64,000 nt of DNA from Eledone cirrhosa (lineage: Eukaryota). Below, piece after piece: positions 27,766-39,105 of this stretch. Numbering within the stretch: the first letter of the stretch is position 1; every line of letters starts with the position of its first letter. Below the pieces are notes generated by a model. It saw only the letters and a list, made by a program, of their open reading frames with translations. It was not told where the DNA came from and ran no database searches. The translations under genes and the position numbers were made by a program. Location of the stretch: the NCBI GenBank assembly GCA_964016885.1, contig OZ024740.1:331762001-331826000 (forward strand), in the 5' to 3' direction.

Positions 27766-28169
27766 TGTATTATTAAACATATGGAAATTTTATGTTGGCT
27801 TCAATTACTGATAGAATTAATTTAGATCCATGGGGAGTAATTTGTTATGGAGCTTAATAAGTTGATTTTCCATAATTTTCCTGCTAGACATAATCAGTTA
27901 CTTTTATTTGCCATTAACAATGGACTGTTTTGTTTTAGCTTTATTCAATTTATCAGTATCATTTTATATTTCAAACAAATGCTTTCAAAATTAATATAAA
28001 ACGCATATGTTACGAAATTAAGAGGACACCTTTGTGTCTACGCATTAATCGCGTTAATGCAATTTACTGTATAGTTGGTGTACTGTAAGAACACTGTGCT
28101 TCATAATATATTTTTTCCACGAATTTTTTCCATAGAATCATGGCGACGTGTATGATTTTAATCCTCCTT

Positions 28170-28246
<77 letters not shown>

Positions 28247-28257
28247 AATATATATAA

Positions 28258-28418
28258 TTGGTGTGGGATGCTTATAGCGTCCGTATGCGGTAGGCCGATT
28301 GAGCACTCGATGCTCTTACAGAGCAGAGTATAATATCACAAAAGAAACGGAGAATCAGTGGTGCGGTGAAATAAACTTTATTGTCGCACCACTGATTCTC
28401 CGTTTGTTTTGTGACATA
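28258..28418. mobile_element. fold-back (hairpin plus tail) micro-insertion in (TA)n, probably PLE-derived
   Basis: 30-bp arms at 28336-28365 and 28385-28414 with one mismatch. GC-richer unpaired tail at 28258-28333. Confidence 0.7.
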
Positions 28419-28488
28419 TATATGTGTGTGTGTGTGTGTGCGTGTGCGTGGGTGTGGGTGGGTGTGTATGTATATATATATATATATA

Positions 28489-29231
28489 TTCGGAAAGTAT
28501 ATTTATTCCATTTCAGAAACTAATTAGTTGGGAGTGAAATTTTAGTAAGTAAGTTAATTTTATAATTTTCTTATTTTACATCTCTCATATTATTATTCTG
28601 CAACCCCATGCATTGAACCACAAAGTTACTAAGACAAAACCTATATATTTGCTAGCATTGATATGCATCTGTATGTGTATATATGTTACTAGATATTAAT
28701 TCTTTATAATTATCTCCAAATTATTTGTCGAGCAATATTGGCCAAGACTGCTGCTATGGTAGCAGGCAGGCCGCTGTCTTCTTAACAAACCACTTTCCAC
28801 TGATTGACCTCGATGTCACGTGATTGATTCTTTTTGAATTTGCCACCGACGCAGTAGGCAGTGATTTTCTCAATGGCTGGGAATTCAGTCCACGCTTTGC
28901 TATTTTCTATCCACTGAATTATTTTTGTATAAGTTTCCAGAGTCCACACTTTGCCTGGATACTTAGCTGAGAATAGACTTCCCTGACGACGAAATGCTTC
29001 TCTATATTTTCTTCGGGAAGTATATTTATTCCATTTCAGAAACTAATTAGTTGGGAGTGAAATTTTAGTAAGTAAGTTAATTTTATAATGTTCTTATTTT
29101 ACGTCTCTCATATTATTGTTCTGCAACCCCATGCAATGAACCACAAAGTTACTAAGACAAAACCTATATATTTGCTAGCATTGATATGCATCTGTATGTA
29201 TATATATGTTACTAGATATTAATTCTTTATA
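28489..29231 (+). mobile_element. non-coding element with 220-bp direct terminal repeats (pLTR/retrozyme-like), bounded by (TA)n
   Basis: 28489-28708 is nearly identical to 29012-29231. A hammerhead-like TTCC-CTGACGA...TTC-GG(G)AA lies at 28979-29019. Confidence 0.7.
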
Positions 29232-30187
29232 TATATATATATATATAAAGCGGTGAAATTTCATTTACATGTATTTAGATTTTTATTGTGTATCGACCTG
29301 TTACGAGCATTTCGCTGAGGATTGGCTCACGTTCTGTTATAGGGGTTATGGACCAGATTCGATAATCGACCTGCTCTTCAGACTGGTTATGTCAATTATT
29401 GAATATTATTTATTTAAAATTGACCATTATCTAAAGAAATTAATTCCAGTTTTAAAATGGTGGAGTACTCAGTGAAACATAATTGAATAAATTTAATACC
29501 TTGTTTAAGTGCGCGGAGTCTCAGCTTTAACAGTACAATGAAAACACAAGATATATGTCGGTATTGTTGAAACTAATTAACCATAAGTAATATAACTTCA
29601 AGATATTTGTAAGAAGACACATAGAGGATTGGTTAGGAAGAATGGCTACTGAGTCTGATAATAACATAAAATACGACGGCTGAACATACACAGGCAAACA
29701 TGCTCTTTGAAAATTAATACTAATTCGGACACAATATATGTTGTAAATCTGAGAATCAATATTAAAATCAAATAAAGAAACCACGTTTTTTGTGTCTAAA
29801 TCAATCAATCAATCGATTCCCCGAAGCTGCCGAAGACAATCATTGGGGTGTCTCTCTGCACGTTTGACTGTCTGTACACCATGGCATTTCAATTGGCCTT
29901 ATATATATTTGCTTTTACCCAACGCCTCTCCAACCTTACGTTCCTATACGCAAGCATACAAACAACCAGGCATAGCCATCATAATAGCTAGGTCTGTATT
30001 TAAAATGACACAAATGAATTTTCAGCGTGTCTTCATACGTTAAGCATATACAAGAGCGTCAAAGTAATAATTTATACAAAGCTTACCTGTCACACACAAA
30101 TTACAGTGACGGTCACGTAAATTATGCATAAACAAAAATAATTATCCATAGATTAAATATATATATAAGAGAGGTTCTTAGAGAAGA

Positions 30188-31467
30188 ATAAGCCACTACA
30201 CTTAGCTTTTGTTGACAAAAGAAGGCCTTTGATAGGGTACCCCGATTTGTCATCTGGTGGTCCCTAAGGAAGCTAGGTGTTGAGGAATGGCTTGTGAGGA
30301 CAGTGCAAGCTTTGTACAGAGATTCTGTCAGTAAAGTGAGGGTAGGAATGGAGTTTAGTGACGAATTCCAGATACAAGTAGGAGTAGGATTACATCAGGG
30401 TTAGGTATTCAGCCCGCTCTTGTTCATTATAGTCCTCCAAGCCATAACAGAGGAGTTTAAGACTGGCTGTCCATTGGAGCTTCTCTATGCTGACGATCTG
30501 GTTCTTATAGCAGAATCAGTAGAGGAGCTGGAGAATAAATTCTGGCTATGGAAACAGCAGTTGGAATAAAAGGACTAAGAGTGAACCTAACTAAGACAAA
30601 AATATTGATGAGTAGAAAAGAGGATAAAACTCTGATTCCGTCGGGGAAATGGCCATGTTCGATATGCAGGAAGGAAAGGAACTAGCATAAATTCTATAAA
30701 ATGTACACAATGGAGATCTTGGGAACACAAGAGATGTTGTGGGATAGCAGGCAAACTAACAGGTAGGGAGAAATACGTATACAGTAGATGTACAGGGAAA
30801 TTTGACAGTAGAAGTCACGTTGATAGACACATTTTTCAAATGCAGGTGGATGCTATAGAAGTGGTTGATAGCTTCCTGTACCTAGGTGATGGTATTAGCA
30901 TGATCATATTAGCATTAGAATAAGGACGCGTTGGAAGAAGTTTAGGGAGCTGCTTCCTCTGCTGACGAAGAAGTGTTTCTCCCTGCGTACGAAAGGCCGG
31001 TTATATGATGCCTGTCTGAGGTGCGCGATGCTGCATGGTAGTGAGACATGGGAAGCAACTGCAGAGGATATGCGACGGCTGGAGAGAAATGAGGGAAGCA
31101 TGCTCTATTCGATGTGCAATGTCAATGTGCGTGAACGACCGAGCATGGATGTGTTGAGAGAGAAACTGTGTCTGAGAGGGATACATTGTTGTGTGCGGGA
31201 GAGGAGACTACGATGGCATGGACATGTGATACGCATGGAGGATGACCGATGGGTGAAGAAGTGCCAAGAAATGCCAGTTGAAGGAAGACGTAGTAGAGGA
31301 AGAGTACGAAAAACATAGGCGGAGGTGGTGAGAGCAGACCTCAGATCGTTGTAGGTCACGAGGAAGATGACGAAGGACCGTGTCAAGTGGAGAGATGCTG
31401 AATAGGACCCGTCCCATCCTTGCAAGCAGGGAAAAGCGGACGTAAAATGATGATGATGATGATGATC
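30188..31467 (+). pseudogene. 5'-truncated RTE-clade LINE: RT, inserted PHD-like Zn finger, C-terminus and (ATG)n tail
   Basis: KPLHLAFVD..KAFDRVP, GLHQG*VFSPLLFIIVL, ELLYADDLVL (30483-30500), GLRVNLTKTK, F.YLGD, MLHGSETW, RRLRWHGHVIRM, GRRSRGR.RKT. Stops and frameshifts are present. Tail ATGATGATG at 31447-31466. Confidence 0.92.
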
Positions 31468-31487
31468 ATATAAGTATAAAGTTTGTC

Positions 31488-31728
31488 TTAAGCCAGAAGG
31501 CTCATTTGGTCTGTGCGTATTACGGTTTCATGGGGTGAAGCGACTGAGAGTACAAAACTCCCCGCCGGTTTAAACCTCCAGCTATTGCTGGTACTCATTT
31601 TCAGCTGAGTATACTGGAGCAACGTGAAATGAAGTGTATTTCTCAAGAAAACAACACACAACCCAGGAATCGAACCCATGACATGATCGTAAGAGAAACA
31701 CCCTTACCACTAGGACACGTGCCTCCAC
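31488..31728 (-). mobile_element. tRNA-derived SINE (family C)
   Basis: The minus strand starts GTGGAGGCACGTGTCCTAGTGGTAAGG (A box), then GGTTCGATTCC (B box), then TTGCTCCAGTATACTCAGCTGAAAATGAGTACCAG. Confidence 0.8.
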
Positions 31729-32021
31729 TATATATATATATATATATATATTTAGAGAGAGAGAGGGGGAAGTATAGGGGGGGGTGACAAGTCAAAATAT
31801 TAGTAAATCAAGGAATTCTATGAAAATCGCGCAATATAGGGGAATTATAAACGGATGCATCTAAAAAAAGTGTTTCAATACGAGCACGTTAACCATAAAC
31901 AATGTATACAATTCTAAAGAAATTATAAAAATATTCCCAGAATCTAATCATGGATGAAAGAGCAAGACAAACTAACATCCAGGAACTCTGGTACACAAAA
32001 GCAAGAAAGAAAATAATGTTA

Positions 32022-32900
32022 TCTATATATATAAAGCTGTGGTTGTCTGTCTGTCTATCGATTTTTGGCACACATCTCCTCTTAGAATCTCTGACGGAAT
32101 TGCACCGAAATTGCTATACTTGTACATTGAGCCCTAGCAAAGACATCGGAAAATAAATATTTCAAATTGACCCACCCTATGTGACGAAATCGAATCTAAT
32201 GTATCGATTTTTGAGCGTAAGTGACGAGTTATTTCCCTTTGTTCTATATATATAAAGCTGTGGTTGTCTGTCTGTCTATCGATTTTTGGCACACATCTCC
32301 TCTTAGAATCTCTGACGGAATTGCACCGAAATTGCTATACTTGTACATTGAGCCCTAGCGAAGACATCGGAAAAAAATATTTCAAATTGACCCACCCTAT
32401 GTGACGAAATCGAATCTAATGTATCGATTTTTGAGCGTAAGTGACGAGTTATTTCCCTTTGTTCTGTTTACATTGAGCGTCTTACGTTCTGTTTACATTT
32501 TCTGCGTGCAAAAATTAAAAAAATTACGCTGGCTTTCTCAGCGTTTAAAATGACATTAACACAATACACGAACAGTTGTCGAGCCAGCAAAATTTTGACC
32601 TGCAAAATTCATCAGTTCGAACACTAAGCTTCCGTTTTGCTTCATTTCCATTTAAAAGCCTTTTAAAACAATATTTTTACTTGAAAACAAGTCTATTTAA
32701 AGACTACGTAAAACAAGCAAATATTTCGTAAAAAAAGCAAAAATTATATAAGTTTATTTAAAATATATGTATCTGTAAATTTTGTTAGGCGTGCAGACAG
32801 ACAGTCGTGCAGACAGACTTTAAGCCAAAAAAGAAACTTAACATTGTAGCTTTAACACAGCTACTGAGCGACCCCGAGCAACGCCGGGCTTTACTGCTAG
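32022..32900 (+). mobile_element. non-autonomous Helitron with a tandemly duplicated 5' end
   Basis: A|TCTATATATATAAAGCTG start; a 221-bp unit is repeated at 32243; the end is CCCGAGCAACGCCGGG-CTTTACTGCTAG|T. Confidence 0.85.
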
Positions 32901-33800
32901 TATATATATAAAACTGAGGTTGTCTGTCTGTCTGTCTACTAAGACGGTCGGCACACATCTCCTCCTAAACCGTACGTTCAAATTTCGGTGAACTTGCTAC
33001 ACTTATAGATGAAGGTCCGGTGGCGACATCGGTCAAACAAATTTTCAAATCGACCCACGCCAAGTGCAAAAATCGAATTTGTAATGTATTGATTTTTCAG
33101 TTCAAATGTATAAATAGAGATGAGAGACGAGGTATTTCCCTTTTATGGCGTCATTCTGTCTATCTATTTACGTTATGAATATACGACGCGTGCAAAAGTA
33201 TAAAAATACGCGAACAGTTTTCGGACCAGCAAAATTTTAACCTGCAAAATTCATGAGTTCGAAGTTTCAACATTAAGCTTCCATTTTGCTTCATTTCCAT
33301 TAAAATGTCTTTTAAAACAATATTTTTACTTGAAAACAAGCAAATATTTTGTAAAAAAAAGCATTGATCTATATATATAATCTCGAATAAAGCCTTATGA
33401 GATTTTCATTTAGAAGCAATGATTTTAAACGACAGGCAGATAACGCATTTTTTCTTTTTTGTCCATCCAATTTCTTTGTTTCAAAATAACTGATAGTTTG
33501 GTTACGCTGATGTTTTTCTCTGAGACAAGTGTTGCAGTGTTTACATTTTCGATCTTTGTTAATATATTACCAGTGCAGTTTTTATCCCCAGCATCCTCTT
33601 TTGTTTTAACATTCGGATTATGGCTATGTTTTCTTAACTTCATAAGGCATACTGTTGGTTGAGGGAATATTAATAAAAAGTGCCACATGAAAGTCTACAC
33701 TGTAGACTCTACAGTTTTTAAGCCAAGAAAGGAACTTAACATTGTAACATTGTAACACAGCTACTGAGCAGCCCCGAGCAACGCCTGGCTTTACTGCTAG
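32901..33800 (+). mobile_element. second, related non-autonomous Helitron, head-to-tail with the first, with a further internal 5' end at 33368
   Basis: Starts TATATATATAAAACTGAGGTTGTCTGTCTG, has internal homology to 32022-32900, and ends CCCCGAGCAACGCCTGGCTTTACTGCTAG|T. Confidence 0.8.
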
Positions 33801-35147
33801 TATGATATATTTCAAATTTTAATCCAAATAACATCAAAATCTGCACACACACATACAACTAAACGTACCTATCCCGATATCCTGTTAAAGGACAAAGAAA
33901 ATGTAAATTCTTATACATAAATATCCAATTATAATATATAATGGCTTCCAAAAGCATTACATTGTTCAAACTGGTCTGAAGCCCCAAGAACGGATTACTG
34001 TATACTATCAACAAATTAGGGACCAAGACACAAGAATGATTCTGATTAATCAAAATATAGAAGATTACCGAAGATGAATCTTCAAATTTCGATGTTTTTC
34101 TAATTTATCAATAACTTTATTCCACACCGAAGCAAAACTACAAGTCGAAACTCAATTCAATGCACATCTAACCAGCCGTCAAATCAGTGTTACTTTCCTT
34201 TTTCTTGGGATGTAGATTTCCTTCGACATAGGCGACAGTGGAACAACCAGTTACATCCCTTGTTTTAGAAAAACATAAGAGACATACACATACATGATGT
34301 GAAAAACATGTTTCAACGTTGCATATATCAGCATTTGAGGAGAAAATATATCCAACACGGATAAAACTGAAACGTTGAAATATACTAGCGTAACCAATTA
34401 GTGCAAAAACTAATTAGATAATCCTGTCTATATCTGAGAAATAATATTAATGTATTTTGCATGAACCATTTTTTTTTCGCTATGTATGATAAACATACGT
34501 TTCCATAAAAATAATTCAGTGCATCGTCAAAACTTTATTTTTTAGTGCTTATATACGTATATGTGCGTTTGTGCGTCAGTCTGTCTCTATATGTGTGTGT
34601 GTGTATGTGTGTGTGACGAGGAAGAGGAAATTGGTTTTCTTTAGATCGGTCAATTATCATTGGATTTATTCCTTATTTCTCCTATTCCTTGTGGTGTTTA
34701 GATATATAATGTAATTAATTACGACATCGAAATATAATTCAAACTTAAACCTGATTCAATAGAAACTACTTCAAAGCTTATGACATCAGAATATTTATAC
34801 TATCTGTTGACGTCTGCTCTTCATTGGCTGTTCTAGTACATCATTAATCTTCGATTGACGTGAAATAATCGAATTTTCATGGAGTTCTTTGTTCAAAAGG
34901 TCAAATTCTTTCTGCTTTGATACTGCTCCAGAGCTTGCTCACACATGAGTAATTATGTTATAATATGTTGGTATATGACATTTTTTAATTGGTGTCTCGT
35001 CCTTTCGTGTGGTTGAGAAAATATGTTGCAGTTTCCTATTATTTAATACACACACACACACACACACAGACACACCCCTCACACAAATACACACACACAC
35101 ACACATACACAAACACAAACACAAACACACACACACATACGCACACT

Positions 35148-35211
<64 letters not shown>

Positions 35212-35217
<6 letters not shown>

Positions 35218-35369
35218 TGGTTACACAACAGTTAGTTCACCATAGCGGATCCTCAGCTCGTAATGTCCATTACGAGGTGGTGAGCTAACTGTTATGTAAC
35301 CACTTCTACCTAACTCGTCCCATGGACTGAGTGCTCTACCACTACGGATATTACCTTCCAGTGTTCTAC

Positions 35370-35372
<3 letters not shown>
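35212..35372. mobile_element. miniature fold-back derivative of the PLE family at 42027-42715
   Basis: Arms 35212-35242 and 35278-35308, plus tail 35309-35359 (AACTCGTCCCATGGACTGAGTGCTCTACC...TATTACCTTC), match the 42027-42150 terminal sequence. Confidence 0.85.
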
Positions 35373-35414
<42 letters not shown>

Positions 35415-35839
35415 GTGTTACATTTTTCAAACTATTCGCCAATCATTTCGTGTCGATATTTGAGTTCATATAATAATGAAATATGCTGAATTATAGGTCA
35501 AACAAATAATATTTAAAGGTTGCACACTTTCAAATGTTTTTTTTTTTTCTTATGACGATGTTGTATCTGTTATGCTCACCACACGAAATAACGAAATGAA
35601 ATGAAAATAAGCATAAGGAATAAGTTCAATATATACAATGATATCGGGGTTAAATAGAGAGAATATTTGTGAATGAAATTTATTACCAGATACCACCCTT
35701 TCCGTTCCCTGAAAGACCTCTTGAAATAAATAAAAATTAAATAAGCAGAATAAATACGTGCTAACTACTCAATAATATCGGAATTAAAGAGAGGAACGCT
35801 GTTTATGAATGAAATTTCTAACCGGAAATGACTTATGTG

Positions 35840-37260
35840 ATATAAGCTTAAGTTGTTCCTTGAACCGAACTATTTCGAATATATATTTGGCCTTAGCCAT
35901 CCAACGAGACTAGTGGTAAGTTCCTGGGAATGAGAAGGAGAAATGTGGAGATGGCTAACCAACAAGATGAAAGCTGTACATTTAGTAGTTATTCATCTCC
36001 CGCCTCTTTCGTTTGTAAAATTCTTATGTGGGCACATCATCATCAAAGATAGTTTAATAATGAGACTTGTCAATAGAGTCCCAATGTTCCTGGAACTTTT
36101 TGAACATTGGGATACGGAGTCCAGATAATGGGGAAATGATCACGAAGACTTTCTTCAAAACCAATTCATGAATGTGATAGGGGCAAGTCAGCCACAAGAG
36201 GGATTAAATGCAGAGTTGCTTCAATGTTCGTATTGGCTCGTTGATGATTGCAGATGTTACTGGCGGTGGTGTCGAAGGACATACCAGTTACTCTATCCTC
36301 AATTTTGACTCATTGAATTTCATTCAAAACAACTTAAGCGATTTGTTATCTGGTGCCATCTCTTGCAATAGAAACATTTAAGAGCTCCCCCTTCCCTTTT
36401 CCTGTAATTAAAACTGCAATCCGATTTTCCTCTTTCCTGGTTAGAGAACACAATGGTAATAATTGTCTATAGCAGTAGGCGACTAGCCATGACCTTTCTA
36501 AAGGTAGGAAAGCAGATATTTCCATATCCTTAGTAATCTTCTCACAGTGACTGGTTCTTGTTGGTTAAACAGTTAAGGAGGAAATCGAGAATTCAGACAT
36601 ATCATGACCAAGAACCTTCACAAGTACTTGTTTGTCATACCGATAGTTTCTTCTGTTCCCACGTGTCAGCAAGAGTGGCATGGGCTTTTTTCGAGGTGAT
36701 TTTCTTCATCATCATAATCATCATTACTAACAGCTGAGCTGGATGACGAACTTTCAAGAGCTACCTTCTCGGACATATTTTGACTTCTTCATCCTGATTT
36801 CACATACTTAATTTCATATCATGAATCTTATTTTCTTTCTTCTGAATGACTCTCATATATTCTGCATCAACACAAGACATGAATAAAGTTATCCGATCCT
36901 TCAGTTGTGTCTCGGGGAAAGCTTTGTCTTCAGATGGGACACTCTTTCCTTCAAGAACGTCCTGTCTTGCAATGTCAAACATGTCCTCAAGATCAACTTT
37001 CCGAATCCCCCGCTTTGCAATTGCTTTGTCAGTCATCCATGATTTAAATTTTTTTAGTACTTGCTACTCCTTATACTATTTTTTAGTTGAGGCGTGGATG
37101 TTTTTATTAGGAATATTTGCTTGTCTCCAGATGTGCTGGATCTTCTGACTAATGTACTTCTATGGCAATTCAAATTATCTCCCTTGAGTTTAGACGTGAT
37201 GGTAGAGAAAATACACAAGGACTTGTTGTTTGGAGGGCTTTCTCTCAAGCAGTAAAATGG
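35840..37260 (-). pseudogene. decayed hAT-superfamily (hATm-like) transposase
   Basis: Minus-strand motifs in the expected order: PSKQQVL.YF, IWRQANIP, LEDMFDIA...EDKAF..TQ, NRIAVLITG...LLNV, GMSFDTTASN, LLWLTCPYHIHELVL (CxxH), PMFKKFQEHWDSID, PGTYH*SRWMAK. Many stops and frameshifts. Confidence 0.85.
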
Positions 37261-38800
37261 TCTTTCTGTTGTCCATTTTCTTATTCTCTATAAGAGATGA
37301 AAATCAAAATCAAATAATCAATATTATTTTAAGGAACCTCTGGGTTCTAACCATATCTGGAACCCATTCAGTTTATGAAAAGCAAAAGAGAAGAACATCA
37401 TTTACTAACTTTATTACAATGGATGTAACTTGACAAAAACCAGCATGTTTACAACTTGCTAACACAACCTGCACTGAAGCAACAACGCAATGAATCTAAG
37501 AACCAACAAAGAAATGAATCTTGCATTAGAACCTTATTGTTAACTCATTGTCTTCTTGAATTATCAAAACAAATATCGAAGATTCGCCTAATCAACGTAA
37601 TACCAAATACTTCATTGTACGAAAAATAAAACAAATCACCAATGTAAAATTATTTCTTCATAATTAGTTTTAGTTTATGGTTCATTTCTTTTTCATTTTG
37701 AATCATACAAATTATAGAAAAGTCTCAGAAATGTAAATAGATGGAAATTAACAAAAAGATGCATTCTGGTTATATTCAAGTGTTGAGCTAAAATGTTTTA
37801 ACATTTAAAAAGCACCAAACCGTTCATCCCTTACATATACTTTCCAGATTCACAGAAATTTAGAAAAGGAAATTCCTTGATTCTATTACAGGAAAGCAAC
37901 CAACTATATTATAAGCCCATGAAGGATGACATTGGTGGGATTCAGAGCTAAAACGTACCGGGCCGTACATATTGTAAAGCATTTAGTTTGACATCTTAAT
38001 GCTCCTATTTATCCGATTATCTTCGTGAAAGTCCTCAAGGACTCGCTGATTTGAGTGTTTCTATGTGGTTGCTTGATTTGTATTATATTGTTGTCAAAAG
38101 TTGCTGGGATCTTGGGGAAGGATTAATTGCCAAACTGTTAATTTGTCCATGGTGTTAAATTTAAAGTGTGCTAGCTGTAGTTTATCTGGGAGTCTGTGGT
38201 GAAGATAGAATTAGTATTTCAGTAATCCTGAATCATTTTCATGGCAAAATTATAAAATCAACGTTGACTATTTCTGAGATAAAACAATTTAAGAATGCCA
38301 GCTTTTCAGACAGGAATACCAAGATAGATATTTTTAGAAACAATTACTTCCCGGTCAACTCTAAGATCATTCAAACATTCAAGCTAATCCCACGTCCAAC
38401 TCACATTTCTAGCCATTTTTTGAAGTGACTATCACCACAACAGATTGCTTTCACACCTATCCCATGTCGCCTTCTTCTTCTCCCCCTCACCCCTTCTCCC
38501 TCTCCTCCTCGTCTTCCTCTCCTTCGCCCTCTCCCCCAACTACTACCAGTCAAATCCAGTAGTCAGAACCAAAACTTTTTAACTACTACCACCTCTGTTA
38601 GCCAACTAACAGAGAACGAAGGACAACCTCGGACAGACATATGAACTCTCCTCTCTAAATATGTATATAAAAACTAATAATTTTTCTTCCCCACTTCATT
38701 ATTATTCGTAAAAATATGCAACTTAACTGCACTTTGCACATCCGCCGTTGAAAAAGCATATAAATACTATTTGTTTATATGTGTGTGTGTATATATATAT

Positions 38801-38935
38801 ATATGAAAAGATTCAGAACCCCGACGGCTCAGCTATCGGGGTGCTGAATCTTTTCATATTACCCACTCTACTACCCCAAGTATCGAGTACTCTGGTGCGT
38901 TATGGTCCACCTGGTATCTTACCACACCTGATTTG

Positions 38936-38937
<2 letters not shown>
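38801..38937. mobile_element. fold-back (hairpin plus tail) micro-insertion in (TA)n
   Basis: 29-bp arms at 38801-38829 and 38831-38859 with almost no loop. The tail 38860-38937 also occurs alone at 15810-15878. Confidence 0.75.
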
Positions 38938-38981
<44 letters not shown>

Positions 38982-39105
38982 GCGGTGAATTAGTTTTGCG
39001 AGGTTTTTTATATGAAATCGTGTGTCGAAACAAATATTGTTATACTTGGGGAGGGTCATATTTGTGCAATATAAGATGGGTAATACGATGGGTAATATCT
39101 ATCCT

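Noticed and set aside
31670-31728. tRNA gene
   Set aside because: A and B boxes are present but there is no complete cloverleaf; it is the head of a SINE. The same applies to family A heads and to 53340-53370.
35411-35432. TAGGTGTTAC as a hATm terminal inverted repeat
   Set aside because: No matching partner was found on the other side of the transposase remnant.
38990-39045. GAAACAAATATTGTT in the PLE left tail as a hammerhead 3' half
   Set aside because: No CTGANGA upstream, and it is antisense to the pLTR.
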